A stretch of DNA of 37,898 bases. It comes from a virus. Its lineage: Duplodnaviria; Caudoviricetes. Of the stretch, positions 16,856 through 26,596 are shown piece by piece. Position 1 is the stretch's first letter. Every line of letters begins with the position of its first letter. The stretch lies in IMG/VR virus record IMGVR_UViG_3300033486_000005, positions 1-37,898 of that record. One strand, written 5' to 3'. The notes under the pieces are model-generated. The model searched no databases. It was not told where the DNA came from and saw nothing but the letters and a program-made list of their open reading frames with translations. Made by a program: the position numbers and the translations under genes.

Positions 16856-19381
16856 ATGGCACAGTCAGTCCAAACACAATACGGCAATCTCATCCGCCCC
16901 GGCGCCTATAACCAGGCCGTGGTGCAGCAATCCGCCACCGGCTTCGCAGCCAACGGCATTATCGCTCTTGTTGGTGAGGCCGATCAAGGCCCTCGTTTCA
17001 GCGTTGAAACCGACATCGAAGCCACCGCCAAGTTCGGTCCCGATCAACTCGGCGCTGTGCAGGCCAAGTACGGTTCCGGCCCCATTGTAGACGCCTTCCG
17101 CGCTGCAGCCAAGCCTTCGCTCGACCCGGAGATTCCCGGAGCCCCTTTCCGGTTCGTCTTCATCAAGACCAACGCGTCCGTTCAGGCTTATTCCACCCTC
17201 GCCAGCTACACCGGGACTTATGCCACCATCAAGGCGAAGAACTACGGCAAGACCGGTAACCTGATCTCGTACTCCGTTGCAGCCAACACGGCAGAAGTGG
17301 TCCCTACCACAGGCAGCTTCAGTTACATCCCCAACGCCGGCACGGTGAATTACTCCATCAAGGCTAACGGCGTTACAGTCGCTGGCACGTCGACTCTGAC
17401 CGCCAATACAACTCCGACTGATTTCGTCGCGGCTGTGGACGGTCTCACTGGCATTGCAGCCACTGGCGGTGTTAACCGCAATGCACTCACTGTTTCCGGC
17501 ACGCTGCTTGTGACACAAAACCCGGGCGGCGCTGGTGCTAACGTCATCGACATCACACGGTCTATCGCTTGGGCTGTGCAGCCTGTTGCTGGTGATACAC
17601 TCGTCATTCCTGTCGGCTCGGCCATCGTAGGCGCCGGTTCGGCCAACGTCGGTGCATATGTCGTTACCACTTCTGCCACGTCGACCCTTCGCGCAGTCAA
17701 GCTGAGCGACGCCGGCGCAGTTGCCCCGACCCCCGGCACCATCACCGCCCCAGTCACTGTGTCGCCCGCAGTTAGCATCGGCGCCGTCACAGACCTCATC
17801 GTTTACTCGCCTGTGACCGTCAGCCTCGAAGCTGGCGACCCCGTGGATGGCGTTGGCAAGTCGCTGGAAATCGCCCAGCTCGCCACCGGCACAGACCTTC
17901 TGGAGCGTATGGCGTTCGTTCTCGGCACCACCGGCGCAGTCACTTGGATGTCCAAGACTGGCGCAGCCAAACTCATCGTCTCGGCTTCTGAGTACAAAGC
18001 TACGCTGTCCGCTTCGCGTCAACTCGACCAACGTTCTGAGTCGATGACGGCCGGCGGCGAAATCGCTCTCAAGATTGGCTACACGGGTGCAACCACTGCA
18101 ACCGTCACCGTCACTGACACGACCCTCTCCACGACAATCGACGCGGTTGCAGGTCTCAGCCTCACCCTCCGAGATTACCCCACCCTCAACGACCTCGCGA
18201 CGTACATCAACGCGCAGGCCGGTTATTCGTGTGCAGTCGGAACAGCCACCCTCGGGCAGCTTCCTTCCACCACCCTCGACAACACTCCGACACCCCGCGG
18301 GATTCTCTCCACCTTCGGAGAGAAGAACGGCCGCATCAAGATCGACGGTTACCGGTTCTACCAGAAGGTCGCTACTTCGTCTTCGCTGGTTCAGATCAAC
18401 GACAACGTACAGGCTGACGCTGGTCTCCCCAAGGTCACCACTGTCACAGCATACCTCGCCAATGGCGCTCGCGGTGCTTCGACAACGGCAGACTTCACGG
18501 CTGGCATCGACGCTCTAAACCGAATCACTTGCAACTTCGTCGTGCCGTGCGTGTCCAGGAATTCGGATGCGGACAAGGCCGACGGTCTCACGGATCCGGC
18601 TTCGTCGTACGACATTGACTCCATCAACGCATACGCACGTACCCACGTGTACGCGATGAGCGAGTTCAAGAAGCGTCGCAATCGTCAAGCAATCGTCTCG
18701 AAGAACACTTCGTTCCTCGAAGCGCAGACTGCGGCAAGCAACATGGCAGCTTACCGGGTTGCTATGACGTTCCAAGACACGAAGCAGACCACGTCGAACG
18801 GCACAATCGGTCAGTTCCAGTCGTATATGGCCGCAGCTCTTGCTGCCGGAACCCAATGCGCGGGCTTCTATAAGAGCATCTTCGGCAAGATTGTCAACAC
18901 CTCGGGCGTGTTGATGGCCGACGGATCTTACGATGATCGCGACGACACTGCTGTCGAAGATGCGCTCCTCGCCGGGCTGCTCCCGATGGGACGTATCGAG
19001 TCTGGTGGGTTCGAATTCGTCTCAGACCAAACTACATACGGCCAGGACGATGCTACGGGTACTTACAACAGCATACAAGGCGTGTATAGCATGGACATCA
19101 TCACCTTGACCTTAGCTCAGCGAGTTGAGCGACGGTTCAAGGGTAAATCCATCGCAGACGCAGGCGCCACGGCAATCAAGCAGGCGATTGAGAGCATTCT
19201 CGAGGATTTGCTCTCGAAAAAACTCATCGCCCCTTCGTCCGATGCACCGCGTGGATATCGCGGAATTACCGTGACGGTGGAAGGTCCTACCGCGACAATT
19301 TCAGTGGAAGTTAAACGTGCTGGATGTTTGTATTTCTTCCCAATCACAACCATGATCTCGCAAGTGACTCAGTCGGCCTAA
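16856..19381 (+). CDS. Contractile tail sheath protein
   Basis: N-terminal IRPGAY, IIALVGEADQGP, IKAKNYG..GN, LANGARG, conserved sheath-like C-terminus; AGGAG RBS. Confidence 0.9.
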   Translation: MAQSVQTQYGNLIRPGAYNQAVVQQSATGFAANGIIALVGEADQGPRFSVETDIEATAKFGPDQLGAVQAKYGSGPIVDAFRAAAKPSLDPEIPGAPFRFVFIKTNASVQAYSTLASYTGTYATIKAKNYGKTGNLISYSVAANTAEVVPTTGSFSYIPNAGTVNYSIKANGVTVAGTSTLTANTTPTDFVAAVDGLTGIAATGGVNRNALTVSGTLLVTQNPGGAGANVIDITRSIAWAVQPVAGDTLVIPVGSAIVGAGSANVGAYVVTTSATSTLRAVKLSDAGAVAPTPGTITAPVTVSPAVSIGAVTDLIVYSPVTVSLEAGDPVDGVGKSLEIAQLATGTDLLERMAFVLGTTGAVTWMSKTGAAKLIVSASEYKATLSASRQLDQRSESMTAGGEIALKIGYTGATTATVTVTDTTLSTTIDAVAGLSLTLRDYPTLNDLATYINAQAGYSCAVGTATLGQLPSTTLDNTPTPRGILSTFGEKNGRIKIDGYRFYQKVATSSSLVQINDNVQADAGLPKVTTVTAYLANGARGASTTADFTAGIDALNRITCNFVVPCVSRNSDADKADGLTDPASSYDIDSINAYARTHVYAMSEFKKRRNRQAIVSKNTSFLEAQTAASNMAAYRVAMTFQDTKQTTSNGTIGQFQSYMAAALAAGTQCAGFYKSIFGKIVNTSGVLMADGSYDDRDDTAVEDALLAGLLPMGRIESGGFEFVSDQTTYGQDDATGTYNSIQGVYSMDIITLTLAQRVERRFKGKSIADAGATAIKQAIESILEDLLSKKLIAPSSDAPRGYRGITVTVEGPTATISVEVKRAGCLYFFPITTMISQVTQSA

Positions 19382-19401
19382 GTCTACACACAATGTAGCA
19401 C

Positions 19402-19431
19402 AAGAACCCGGGCAACTCCCGGGTTTTTGTT
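19402..19431. terminator. Probable bidirectional intrinsic terminator
   Basis: AACCCGGG-CAACT-CCCGGGTT followed by TTTGTTT, between convergent genes. Confidence 0.8.
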
Positions 19432-20582
19432 TATGGGGCTGCGAGCCACTCTAAGGCTTTGGCGATTGTTCCGGCACGATCGGATTCGTAGTCTTTGTCG
19501 GAGACTCTTAGTAGTTTTATCCCGACTTGGGCACACTGCTGGTCTTTACGGAAGTCCCGCTCCTTACACCCAGGTCTAGAGTGCCAGTACATTCCGTCGT
19601 ACTCAATGGCTTTCTGGAGCGATGGCACATAAATGTCGAGCTCCATCTGCCCCGGACGTAAGAGTCCTCGCTGACTGCTGACGGCGTCCGGATGTATTGA
19701 TTTAATGGCTTGGAATAAAGCAATCTCAGCCTTAGAGTGTCGCTTAGTGCAGTGAGGACATCCGGTGGCCGCTTTGGCTGTTCGATTACTAGGTGTGGCC
19801 GGCCACTCGAATCCGTCAATGCAAATCCAAAGACACATCATGTCCGACCCGTATGACACTTCATGGAATTTCTTAGTGTTGTTCGGACTCCACTCTTTTT
19901 CAAGCCAGGGAGCTTTAGTGGCCAAGGAGTTGGCTATGGAAACTCGCTTACCGCAACACTCAGGGCATCCACTCTTTATTGCTCCGGCCCTATTCCTAGG
20001 TGGGGCGTCCCAGAAGTGCTTGCTATCACAAACCCACTCGTACTCAATGGACGAGGCGTACGACACTTCGTGGAATTTTTTCTTATTGTTGGGGCTCCAC
20101 TCTTTTTCTAGCCAAGGGGCTCTGGTCGCCAAGGAGTTCGTTCCCGACACCACCTTGCCGGCGCACCTAGGACACCCACGGGGTCGTTTTGCGGTTCTTC
20201 TCTGAGGCGGCGCCTCCCATTGGTGTCGACATTTAATGCAATCCCACCAGTACAGTTCGTTCGAACAGCCGTGCACCTCGTGGAATTTTTTCTCGTTGCG
20301 CGGACTCCATTCCGCGGCCAAGTGAGGGGCTCTGGTGGACAGTGAATTGGCGTAGGTGACTCTTTTGGGCTTTTTGGGGCACCGTGGACAGCCGCTCGGT
20401 TTACTGCCAGCTCGACTGGAAGCAGCAGCCTCATACGGATGTCCAAATGCAGGACACACCCACTTATACTTCGTGTGCTCTCCGCACGTCGCATCCTCAA
20501 AGTTGACAGCATTCTCCGTGCTCCACTCTCCTCGTAAGTGTGGAGCTTTCACTGCCAGAGAATTTGGCTTGAGGTCCGACAT
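19431..20582 (-). CDS. Zinc-ribbon-repeat (DUF4379-like) PD-(D/E)XK/Vsr-like endonuclease, putative homing endonuclease
   Basis: Four NSL...AP.L..EW...W.C..H.W...R...GCP.C repeats, then ELDIYVP..KAIEYDG.YWH..D..K. Confidence 0.75.
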   Translation of the reverse strand: MSDLKPNSLAVKAPHLRGEWSTENAVNFEDATCGEHTKYKWVCPAFGHPYEAAASSRAGSKPSGCPRCPKKPKRVTYANSLSTRAPHLAAEWSPRNEKKFHEVHGCSNELYWWDCIKCRHQWEAPPQRRTAKRPRGCPRCAGKVVSGTNSLATRAPWLEKEWSPNNKKKFHEVSYASSIEYEWVCDSKHFWDAPPRNRAGAIKSGCPECCGKRVSIANSLATKAPWLEKEWSPNNTKKFHEVSYGSDMMCLWICIDGFEWPATPSNRTAKAATGCPHCTKRHSKAEIALFQAIKSIHPDAVSSQRGLLRPGQMELDIYVPSLQKAIEYDGMYWHSRPGCKERDFRKDQQCAQVGIKLLRVSDKDYESDRAGTIAKALEWLAAP

Positions 20583-20583
20583 C

Positions 20584-20814
20584 TCACACCTTCCGTAGCC
20601 AATCAGGCCAACCCACTGCCTCGATTTCCAACTCCCCTAGACAATCCACCGCCACATACTTGTCCGAAACCACTACAGGCTGCAACGTTAGTTCCGGGTG
20701 GCATTCCGGACACCGCAACTTGGCCGATGACATAGAGAACTTGAAGTAAGTCTCATACACAATCGGCTTGTAGTGCTTCTGGCACACCTTAGGGAAGTAA
20801 TAGATTTTTGTCAC
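20584..20814 (-). CDS. Small hypothetical protein with CxxC
   Basis: GTGA overlap with upstream stop, GGGGA RBS; CPEC. Confidence 0.5.
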   Translation of the reverse strand: MTKIYYFPKVCQKHYKPIVYETYFKFSMSSAKLRCPECHPELTLQPVVVSDKYVAVDCLGELEIEAVGWPDWLRKV

Positions 20815-21017
20815 AATTCCCCCTGGCCCCACCCAACATCTGGTTCGTCGACGTCGGATACCGCCCCGATGATTTGACTTCCCGTAACCCACCAAGTGGT
20901 GCTGCGGCTGTCGATATGGTAGAGGTTGCCGTTGAACGTGGCATCCGTGATTTCACCTCTGATGATGACACCTCGACTTACCGCTTCTACAATGTCACCG
21001 AAATTGTATTTATTCAT
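20811..21017 (-). CDS. Small SH3/KOW-like hypothetical protein
   Basis: KYNFGDIV...GEI...Y pattern; overlaps upstream stop. Confidence 0.5.
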   Translation of the reverse strand: MNKYNFGDIVEAVSRGVIIRGEITDATFNGNLYHIDSRSTTWWVTGSQIIGAVSDVDEPDVGWGQGEL

Positions 21018-21183
21018 AATCGTTCTCGATGTCGCATTCATCAATTTTACCTTTCAGTCGGTTCAAACTGTTAATGGCGTGGTTGACTCCGTCAGCGTCC
21101 ACCTTCGCAATGCAGTCCAAAAGAGATAATTCATACGCAATCCACTGTAGCTCCAACATCAGTTCAATTTTAGTCATCATCAT
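21010..21183 (-). CDS. Small hypothetical protein (57 aa, not in ORF track)
   Basis: Read directly: MMMTKIELML...ENDYE*; overlaps both neighbours. Confidence 0.45.
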   Translation of the reverse strand: MMMTKIELMLELQWIAYELSLLDCIAKVDADGVNHAINSLNRLKGKIDECDIENDYE

Positions 21184-21340
21184 CCTCGTTGTCGATATTG
21201 GAGTACGACAATCTATCGGCCAACTTTTTCAGGTCGCTGACCAGCCGGCGGACATCGCCCCAGCTCTCACCGTCTTCCGCGACGCCGTCTAGACGTGTTG
21301 TAATTCGCTCCAACTCATTCTGCAGTTCAGACTTTTTCAT
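21170..21340 (-). CDS. Small hypothetical protein (56 aa, not in ORF track)
   Basis: MKKSELQNEL...NEDDDD*; GGAGG RBS. Confidence 0.5.
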   Translation of the reverse strand: MKKSELQNELERITTRLDGVAEDGESWGDVRRLVSDLKKLADRLSYSNIDNEDDDD

Positions 21341-21524
21341 TTGCGGCCTCCAAGAATTCTTCCAGAGTCATACTCTTGTTGTATCCGGAAGTCAACCACG
21401 CTTTTACCAAAGGCGGCGTATTGGGGTGTCGTGCGGCAACCTCTCGCATTAACGGGCGTGTATCCTGCGCTAGGCGCGTGAGAATTTCGGCTGTTATCTT
21501 TTTATAGGCGTGGGAGATTTCCAT
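21327..21524 (-). CDS. LRV-repeat family protein with LEEFL C-terminal module
   Basis: LTRLAQD...VAARHPNTPPLVKAWLTSGYNKSMTLEEFLEA. Confidence 0.65.
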   Translation of the reverse strand: MEISHAYKKITAEILTRLAQDTRPLMREVAARHPNTPPLVKAWLTSGYNKSMTLEEFLEAANEKV

Positions 21525-21525
21525 G

Positions 21526-21744
21526 TCACCTCACGTAAATATCGCGCATAACCCACTTGGCTGCGGCTCGCTCCTCTTCAGTCCCGCTGGAGGCGATCTC
21601 CGCGAGGTCGGCGAAGACCTCTCGAGTCGCTGGAGCTTTAACCAACCTTCGCATCAACCTGTGGTAGACGTCCTCGACAGACTCTCGAGGGGTGTAGCTG
21701 CACGGGGACAAGTAGTCGCTCATTTTGAATTTCGAATCGGTCAT
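21526..21744 (-). CDS. Hypothetical protein
   Basis: ATGA overlap, GGAGG RBS. Confidence 0.5.
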   Translation of the reverse strand: MTDSKFKMSDYLSPCSYTPRESVEDVYHRLMRRLVKAPATREVFADLAEIASSGTEEERAAAKWVMRDIYVR

Positions 21745-22007
21745 TTTGTCGCCTCCAAAAATTCTTCCAGACTCATACTCTTGCTGTAGCCTGACGTCAA
21801 CCACAATTTCACCAAAGGTGGCGTGCTGGGGTTTTCTTCGACGTACGATCGCACACCCCTACTCGGATCCGAAGCTAAGCGAGTGAGGGTGGCGGGACTA
21901 GTCTGTGGATTTGAAGCTACGACCATCCGCTCCCACTTTGAATGGGAGTACGACTCCTTGTCCAAGACCTCTGGACCTGAGAGGGATAGCCCCGCAAGAT
22001 GTTTCAC
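21741..22007 (-). CDS. LRV-repeat family protein with LEEFL C-terminal module
   Basis: VASNPQTSPATLTRLASD...NPSTPPLVKLWLTSGYSKSMSLEEFLEA. Confidence 0.65.
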   Translation of the reverse strand: MKHLAGLSLSGPEVLDKESYSHSKWERMVVASNPQTSPATLTRLASDPSRGVRSYVEENPSTPPLVKLWLTSGYSKSMSLEEFLEATK

Positions 22008-23098
22008 AAGTCATCTCTAAAACGAAGCGCAACTGGAAAGCGCGGCACCCCCGCCTTGTTCGTAAGGCCTTGATACTTCACTTCCAACATACGCCCGATG
22101 ACCGACGTGGGATTTTCGAAGTATTCCTTGAGCTTGGCTGTGTCGCCTTTCATCTTGGTGCGAAACTGAGTGCCATTGGCGTCGCACACAAAAATCGCGT
22201 GGCCAGCCAACTTACCTCGGCCTTCTTCGATTCCAACCACCTTGAACTCACTGGAATCGAATTCCTTCACCTTTAAGAGGTCGCTGGATCGTTTGTTGAC
22301 GTAAGCGCCTTGCGTGTTGCGAACCATACATCCCTCGTAACCCAGCACAAGGAATCCCTCGAATTCCGACATGAGTGCATCTTCGTCGGCCACTACGACC
22401 GTCTCTACGGGAACGAGGGGGAGTGACAAATTCAGCGCCCGGATAAACTTGTGCCGTGTATCGAACGAGCCGTCCATGACGACGTCGTAGATGTGGTACT
22501 GCACGACTTCATGGCCAGGCTTGGGGGTGGCGTTTCTAATGAAGCCCGTCAAGTCCTCGAAGTTATGTCGGTAATCGTGGTGGTACAACTCACCGTCTAC
22601 TACACAGTCCACTCCGAGTTTTTCCAGAGCGGCGACAATGTGTGGCAATCCCGTAATTGGCTTGCGCGTGCGGCTCCACAAACTCGCCTTGCCATTTTCG
22701 ACCACACCGATGCACCTATGGCCGTCAAACTTGGGCTGGGTATAAGCCGGCCACTGGATCTTGCCGGCTTTTTCAGAGTACTTGTGTGCCAACATGGGGA
22801 AAATCCCGCCAGCAATACAGTCGTCCACCTTGCCAGCTACAGCTTCGGCAATGGTCTTGGTGTAGCCCTTCTTGAGTTTCTTTTCCCACTGCGACTGAGC
22901 CTCGGCCTCCGCCTGCTGCTTGGGCGTCGTAGCGTTGGAGCGACCTACATTTTTGCCTTCGGAGATGACGTCTTTGGTGACTTGCTCTGCACCGTCGATT
23001 TGGCCCCACGCGGTTGTGATGACGTTGCCGTGAGTGTAGATGTGCCAAAACTGTGTAGCACCGGTGGCGGTTTTCTTATAAAGCGTAGGGAGATCCAT
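22004..23098 (-). CDS. ATP-dependent DNA ligase with N-terminal WGR-like domain
   Basis: QPKFDGHR (motif I), VDGELY, YHIYD, YEGCMVR, LLKVK, PRFP. Confidence 0.92.
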   Translation of the reverse strand: MDLPTLYKKTATGATQFWHIYTHGNVITTAWGQIDGAEQVTKDVISEGKNVGRSNATTPKQQAEAEAQSQWEKKLKKGYTKTIAEAVAGKVDDCIAGGIFPMLAHKYSEKAGKIQWPAYTQPKFDGHRCIGVVENGKASLWSRTRKPITGLPHIVAALEKLGVDCVVDGELYHHDYRHNFEDLTGFIRNATPKPGHEVVQYHIYDVVMDGSFDTRHKFIRALNLSLPLVPVETVVVADEDALMSEFEGFLVLGYEGCMVRNTQGAYVNKRSSDLLKVKEFDSSEFKVVGIEEGRGKLAGHAIFVCDANGTQFRTKMKGDTAKLKEYFENPTSVIGRMLEVKYQGLTNKAGVPRFPVALRFRDDL

Positions 23099-23099
23099 G

Positions 23100-23288
23100 T
23101 TATTCCTCGGTGTTGAGTCGCTCGATATCTTTGTCGATATCTTTGTCGATTGCGGCGTAGCGCAGCCCGGCTCGTGTCTCTAATTCATACATACAGTCTT
23201 GAATCTTGTCTTCGGTGGCCTGTTTGATTAGTTTGGCATCGCGAACATGGACGTAGATCTCTTCGTTGGTCATTTGGGAAAAATCCAT
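23100..23288 (-). CDS. Hypothetical protein
   Basis: GAGG RBS, tight operon spacing. Confidence 0.55.
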   Translation of the reverse strand: MDFSQMTNEEIYVHVRDAKLIKQATEDKIQDCMYELETRAGLRYAAIDKDIDKDIERLNTEE

Positions 23289-23289
23289 G

Positions 23290-23442
23290 TTATCCCTCGA
23301 TTGTGCCGTCGAACTTGAACAGAGGTAGAGACGCCAGATAGTCCATCTCTTGTGTGGTGAGCACTCGCGTAAAAGCGCTGGCTCGCGCCTCCGCCTCGAG
23401 GCGCTCGAAGAGTTGCTCGTAGGTCATTTCGGTTGAGTTCAC
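23290..23442 (-). CDS. Hypothetical protein
   Basis: GTGA overlap with upstream stop, AGGAG RBS. Confidence 0.5.
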   Translation of the reverse strand: MNSTEMTYEQLFERLEAEARASAFTRVLTTQEMDYLASLPLFKFDGTIEG

Positions 23443-23777
23443 TTGCCGCTCCTGCACTGTGCCAGGTGAGCTACGCAGTCGCAGTGGACCGCCAGCTCCT
23501 CCACGTCCAGCCCGATCGACCGGAGGAACCAAGCCTGACCTACCGTGTGTTTTGCGAGATTATCGTCCAAGAAGTCGTCATCGTCACCATCCACCGGCAC
23601 GAGATCGCGCACATCTGCGAGTTCCGCCTCGAGCAAGCGAATCTGGTCGCGCAAGTCTTCAATGACTTCCAACGACGTAGCAACCTTCATGCGAAGGGCT
23701 TCGACCTTGCCCTCGGCTAGGTTGGCTCGTAGTTCGGATGTTTCCAGCAAAGCTTGCAACGTATCGACACCGATCAT
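23439..23777 (-). CDS. Hypothetical coiled-coil protein
   Basis: AAGGAG RBS; heptad-like helix. Confidence 0.6.
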   Translation of the reverse strand: MIGVDTLQALLETSELRANLAEGKVEALRMKVATSLEVIEDLRDQIRLLEAELADVRDLVPVDGDDDDFLDDNLAKHTVGQAWFLRSIGLDVEELAVHCDCVAHLAQCRSGK

Positions 23778-23797
23778 GGTATTTCTCCTTGGAGTTA

Positions 23798-23827
23798 CTT
23801 ATAGCATGGGTTGTATATGGGTGTCAA
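23798..23827 (-). promoter_or_regulatory. Sigma70-like promoter
   Basis: TTGACA-18 nt-TATAAG with extended TG. Confidence 0.7.
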
Positions 23828-23830
23828 GCG

Positions 23831-24088
23831 CTACAAGCAGCATTGTTTATCTGTAGCTACGTCGACGACTATGGATGCCCAGTCCACCAAAGATAGGAGT
23901 TCCGGATGATACCGTCTCAGGAAGGTGTCGACAATGACGTACGCGAAAGATCTCGGGTTGGTGTCCTCGGAGTGCTCGTACCTGAAGTCGCGATAACGCC
24001 TATCATCGTCGTACGGGTACACTGTAATTTCGTGTCCGCATGCGTTGCATTCGCATCCGCAGTATGTGTGGTGAACTTCGATTCGCAT
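23831..24088 (-). CDS. Small Cys-rich hypothetical protein
   Basis: YCGCECNACGH motif. Confidence 0.5.
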   Translation of the reverse strand: MRIEVHHTYCGCECNACGHEITVYPYDDDRRYRDFRYEHSEDTNPRSFAYVIVDTFLRRYHPELLSLVDWASIVVDVATDKQCCL

Positions 24089-24095
24089 GCGACGC

Positions 24096-25238
24096 TTATA
24101 TGGCAGTCGACGTAGGTGCGTCAAGCCACTGGAGGATTTTGGCGATAGTTCCCGATGGATTGGCTTCGTAGTCGGCTTCGGGGATTCTCAAGAGTTGAAT
24201 GCCGGCTTGGGCGCATTGGAGATTCTTGCGGGCGTCGCGTTCGGCACATCCTGGTAGCGAATGCCAGTATGTGCCGTCAAACTCGATCGCCTTATGAAGT
24301 GACGGCACGTAGATGTCGAGTTCTGAGCGTTTGTGCTTTAGAAGTCCTCGTTGGCCACCAACCGTGTCTGAGTATTTTCCTAAAACTGAATCAAAGATCG
24401 AGAGTTCGGATCTTGAACATCGACGAACGCACTCTGGGCAGCCGGATGGATTTTTACTGTGAGTCCTATGCCCCGGAGAAGCCCAATAGGCGTGCCCGTG
24501 AGGGAGGCAGCGCCATTTACATTTGATGTCTGAGCCGTAAGCAGTATTTTCGAATGATTCTTCGTTGTCCGGGTGCCACTCAGACTCCAACCACGGGGCT
24601 TTTGTCTTCAAAGAGTTGGCTTCGGAGACGAGGTTGCCGGAGCACCAGGGACATCCAGTTGGATTTCTTTTTCTGGTGCGGTTGCTTGGGGGTGTATCCC
24701 ACGCATGCCCTTTAACGCAGAGCCACTTACGTGGAGTGTTAGAGCTATACGAGACGTCTTTGGGGCTTAGTTTGTTGTCTGGGTGCCATTCAGGCCCTAG
24801 CCATGGGGCTTTATCTATAATAGATATTGCAGGGCACCATGGACATCCAGTAGCCCTCTTAGAGGTGCGGTTGTTCGGTGACGCCTCCCAAGAATGCCCT
24901 TTAATGCAGAGCCACTTGCGGTCTATATTAGAGCTATATGGGACATCGCAGAAGTTCTCTTTGTTATCGGGGTGCCACTCGGATTCGAGCCACGGAGCTT
25001 TGACAGCCAATGAATTAGACGCGGTCGCCATTTTATAGCACTCCGGACACCCACTTTCGCGGATCACCCTACTGTTAGGGGATGCGGGCCAAACATGCTT
25101 CCTTATACATACCCACTTACGTTTGATGTTCGACCCGTAAGTAGCCTCCCAAAACCTACATGTGTTGTCTGGATGCCACTCAGACTCCAACCAAGGAGTT
25201 TTGATGGCCAATGAATTTGGTTTGTAGGCAGGTTTCAT
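24096..25238 (-). CDS. Second zinc-ribbon-repeat PD-(D/E)XK/Vsr-like endonuclease
   Basis: Paralog of 19431..20582: four PWL..EWHPDN repeats, ELDIYVP..KAIEFDG.YWH. Confidence 0.75.
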   Translation of the reverse strand: MKPAYKPNSLAIKTPWLESEWHPDNTCRFWEATYGSNIKRKWVCIRKHVWPASPNSRVIRESGCPECYKMATASNSLAVKAPWLESEWHPDNKENFCDVPYSSNIDRKWLCIKGHSWEASPNNRTSKRATGCPWCPAISIIDKAPWLGPEWHPDNKLSPKDVSYSSNTPRKWLCVKGHAWDTPPSNRTRKRNPTGCPWCSGNLVSEANSLKTKAPWLESEWHPDNEESFENTAYGSDIKCKWRCLPHGHAYWASPGHRTHSKNPSGCPECVRRCSRSELSIFDSVLGKYSDTVGGQRGLLKHKRSELDIYVPSLHKAIEFDGTYWHSLPGCAERDARKNLQCAQAGIQLLRIPEADYEANPSGTIAKILQWLDAPTSTAI

Positions 25239-25244
25239 GGCATC

Positions 25245-25253
25245 ATTCTACCA
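25245..25253 (-). promoter_or_regulatory. Extended -10 promoter (TGGTAGAAT), 6 nt before ATG 25238
   Basis: TGn-TAGAAT, no SD, leaderless spacing. Confidence 0.5.
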
Positions 25254-25262
25254 TACCCGAAC

Positions 25263-25269
25263 CAATCTT
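25263..25269 (+). promoter_or_regulatory. Putative late promoter CAATCTT for tail tube
   Basis: Intergenic, upstream of AAGGAG RBS. Confidence 0.6.
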
Positions 25270-25313
25270 GTCCGTAGAAACTTTCCGCCGGCACACCGGC
25301 AAGGAGTAGGATA

Positions 25314-25790
25314 ATGTCGGGTAAAGTAATGACAGGTGCGCGTGCGGTCGTCTTCATAGATGACCCCGCTACAAACACGTCGCGCGCTGTAGGCCTTTTC
25401 ACGGATTGCTCGTGGGGCGTGACCTATGGTGTCGATCCGATTTTTGTCTTGGGATCTTACGGACCGGTCGAGTCCATCTACACCAGCATGGACGCTACGA
25501 CTCTAACCTGCAGCGGTTACAGGGTAATTGACCACGGACCCCACATGGATGGCGGCGTACCCAAGCTGGCGGACCTACTCCACCATGAGTACATCTCGAT
25601 GTCAATTTTGGACCGCCAGACGAACAAAACCATGGCCAAATTCCGCTCGGTCCGACCCACCGGCTACAATACAGCACTCGCCCACCGTCAGCCAGAATCG
25701 TGTACCGTGACTTTCATTGCGTTACGTGTAGACGACGAATCTGTTCAAAACGACGAGACAGTCGATCCGGCCCCTAGCACCCTCCCGTAA
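25314..25790 (+). CDS. Tail tube protein
   Basis: 158 aa; VMTGARA..VG....SW...Y...PIFVLG..GPVE pattern typical of myovirus tubes; follows sheath on same strand. Confidence 0.75.
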   Translation: MSGKVMTGARAVVFIDDPATNTSRAVGLFTDCSWGVTYGVDPIFVLGSYGPVESIYTSMDATTLTCSGYRVIDHGPHMDGGVPKLADLLHHEYISMSILDRQTNKTMAKFRSVRPTGYNTALAHRQPESCTVTFIALRVDDESVQNDETVDPAPSTLP

Positions 25791-26151
25791 CCTCCGTACA
25801 CATAACAGCATCAAGATACTCCGACAAGTCCATGCCCCCATAAGGCGACTTGTCGGAGTAGTACATTTTAATCATGGCGGCGATGTGGTCGGGTGCGTAG
25901 ACTTCCATGTACCTCCCTCCGACACCGGATACCGAAAACACTCGGTGCTCAATACCGTGTATATCAAAGACTACTTTAATATAGCGGGATTCCCCGCCAC
26001 TTATTAAAGCCCACCCGATTTGCGCCGCTGTAACGTCTCGGAAAGTCAAGTATTCGCATACGTCGGCATGGTCGAATCCTTGGACTCTGATGTCGGAGTG
26101 CCCGCACTTTGGGCATTTAGGCCATTCCATAAATTGAATTTTATCGGTCAT
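25774..26151 (-). CDS. Hypothetical protein (N-terminal CxxC; divergent MDLSEYLDA tail)
   Basis: CPKCGH; C-terminus IKMYY...YGGMDLSEYLDAV resembles the LEEFL module. Confidence 0.5.
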   Translation of the reverse strand: MTDKIQFMEWPKCPKCGHSDIRVQGFDHADVCEYLTFRDVTAAQIGWALISGGESRYIKVVFDIHGIEHRVFSVSGVGGRYMEVYAPDHIAAMIKMYYSDKSPYGGMDLSEYLDAVMCTEVTGGC

Positions 26152-26596
26152 ATTTGAACCATGGCTTGTCGTGTAGTCCGGTGTCCCAATCGTCTTCGAA
26201 GTTACCATTTCGAGCTGCACTGGTCAACGCTCTTCGCACTTTTTGGCGAACCGAGTTTTCTCCGTAGCGCGTCATTTTCTTGGCTTTACGTCCAGGTTTG
26301 GCGTATTCGTGGCAGTACATTGGCGCTATAGTTAGCGGCCGGTCTCCGGCGAGTTGACGCACTGCGTCTCTGCGCATGTGCCAAGGCCTGATGAACTGAA
26401 AGAAACAGCAACTAAAATGTCTTCCCGCGGCACCACCATCACCATCTACAATCTCGCACGGATACCCGTAAATCCCATGTACAGTCAGCGCCGCCCATCG
26501 GTCGCTCTGGACGAGGTGGTATTTTTCGACATTGCCATCAGTAAATTTACGGGCGATTAGCGATTGTTCATGTCGTAAACGGTATGTCCGACCCAT
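26141..26596 (-). CDS. Hypothetical protein
   Basis: GGAG RBS, overlaps neighbours. Confidence 0.5.
   Translation of the reverse strand: MGRTYRLRHEQSLIARKFTDGNVEKYHLVQSDRWAALTVHGIYGYPCEIVDGDGGAAGRHFSCCFFQFIRPWHMRRDAVRQLAGDRPLTIAPMYCHEYAKPGRKAKKMTRYGENSVRQKVRRALTSAARNGNFEDDWDTGLHDKPWFKYDR

Noticed and set aside
15904-18031. Long antisense ORFs (329 aa and 388 aa)
   Set aside because: Shadow ORFs opposite well-supported plus-strand genes, with no recognisable motifs
23122-23150. Short 12-bp tandem repeat (DIDKDI)
   Set aside because: Trivial slippage duplication in a small ORF
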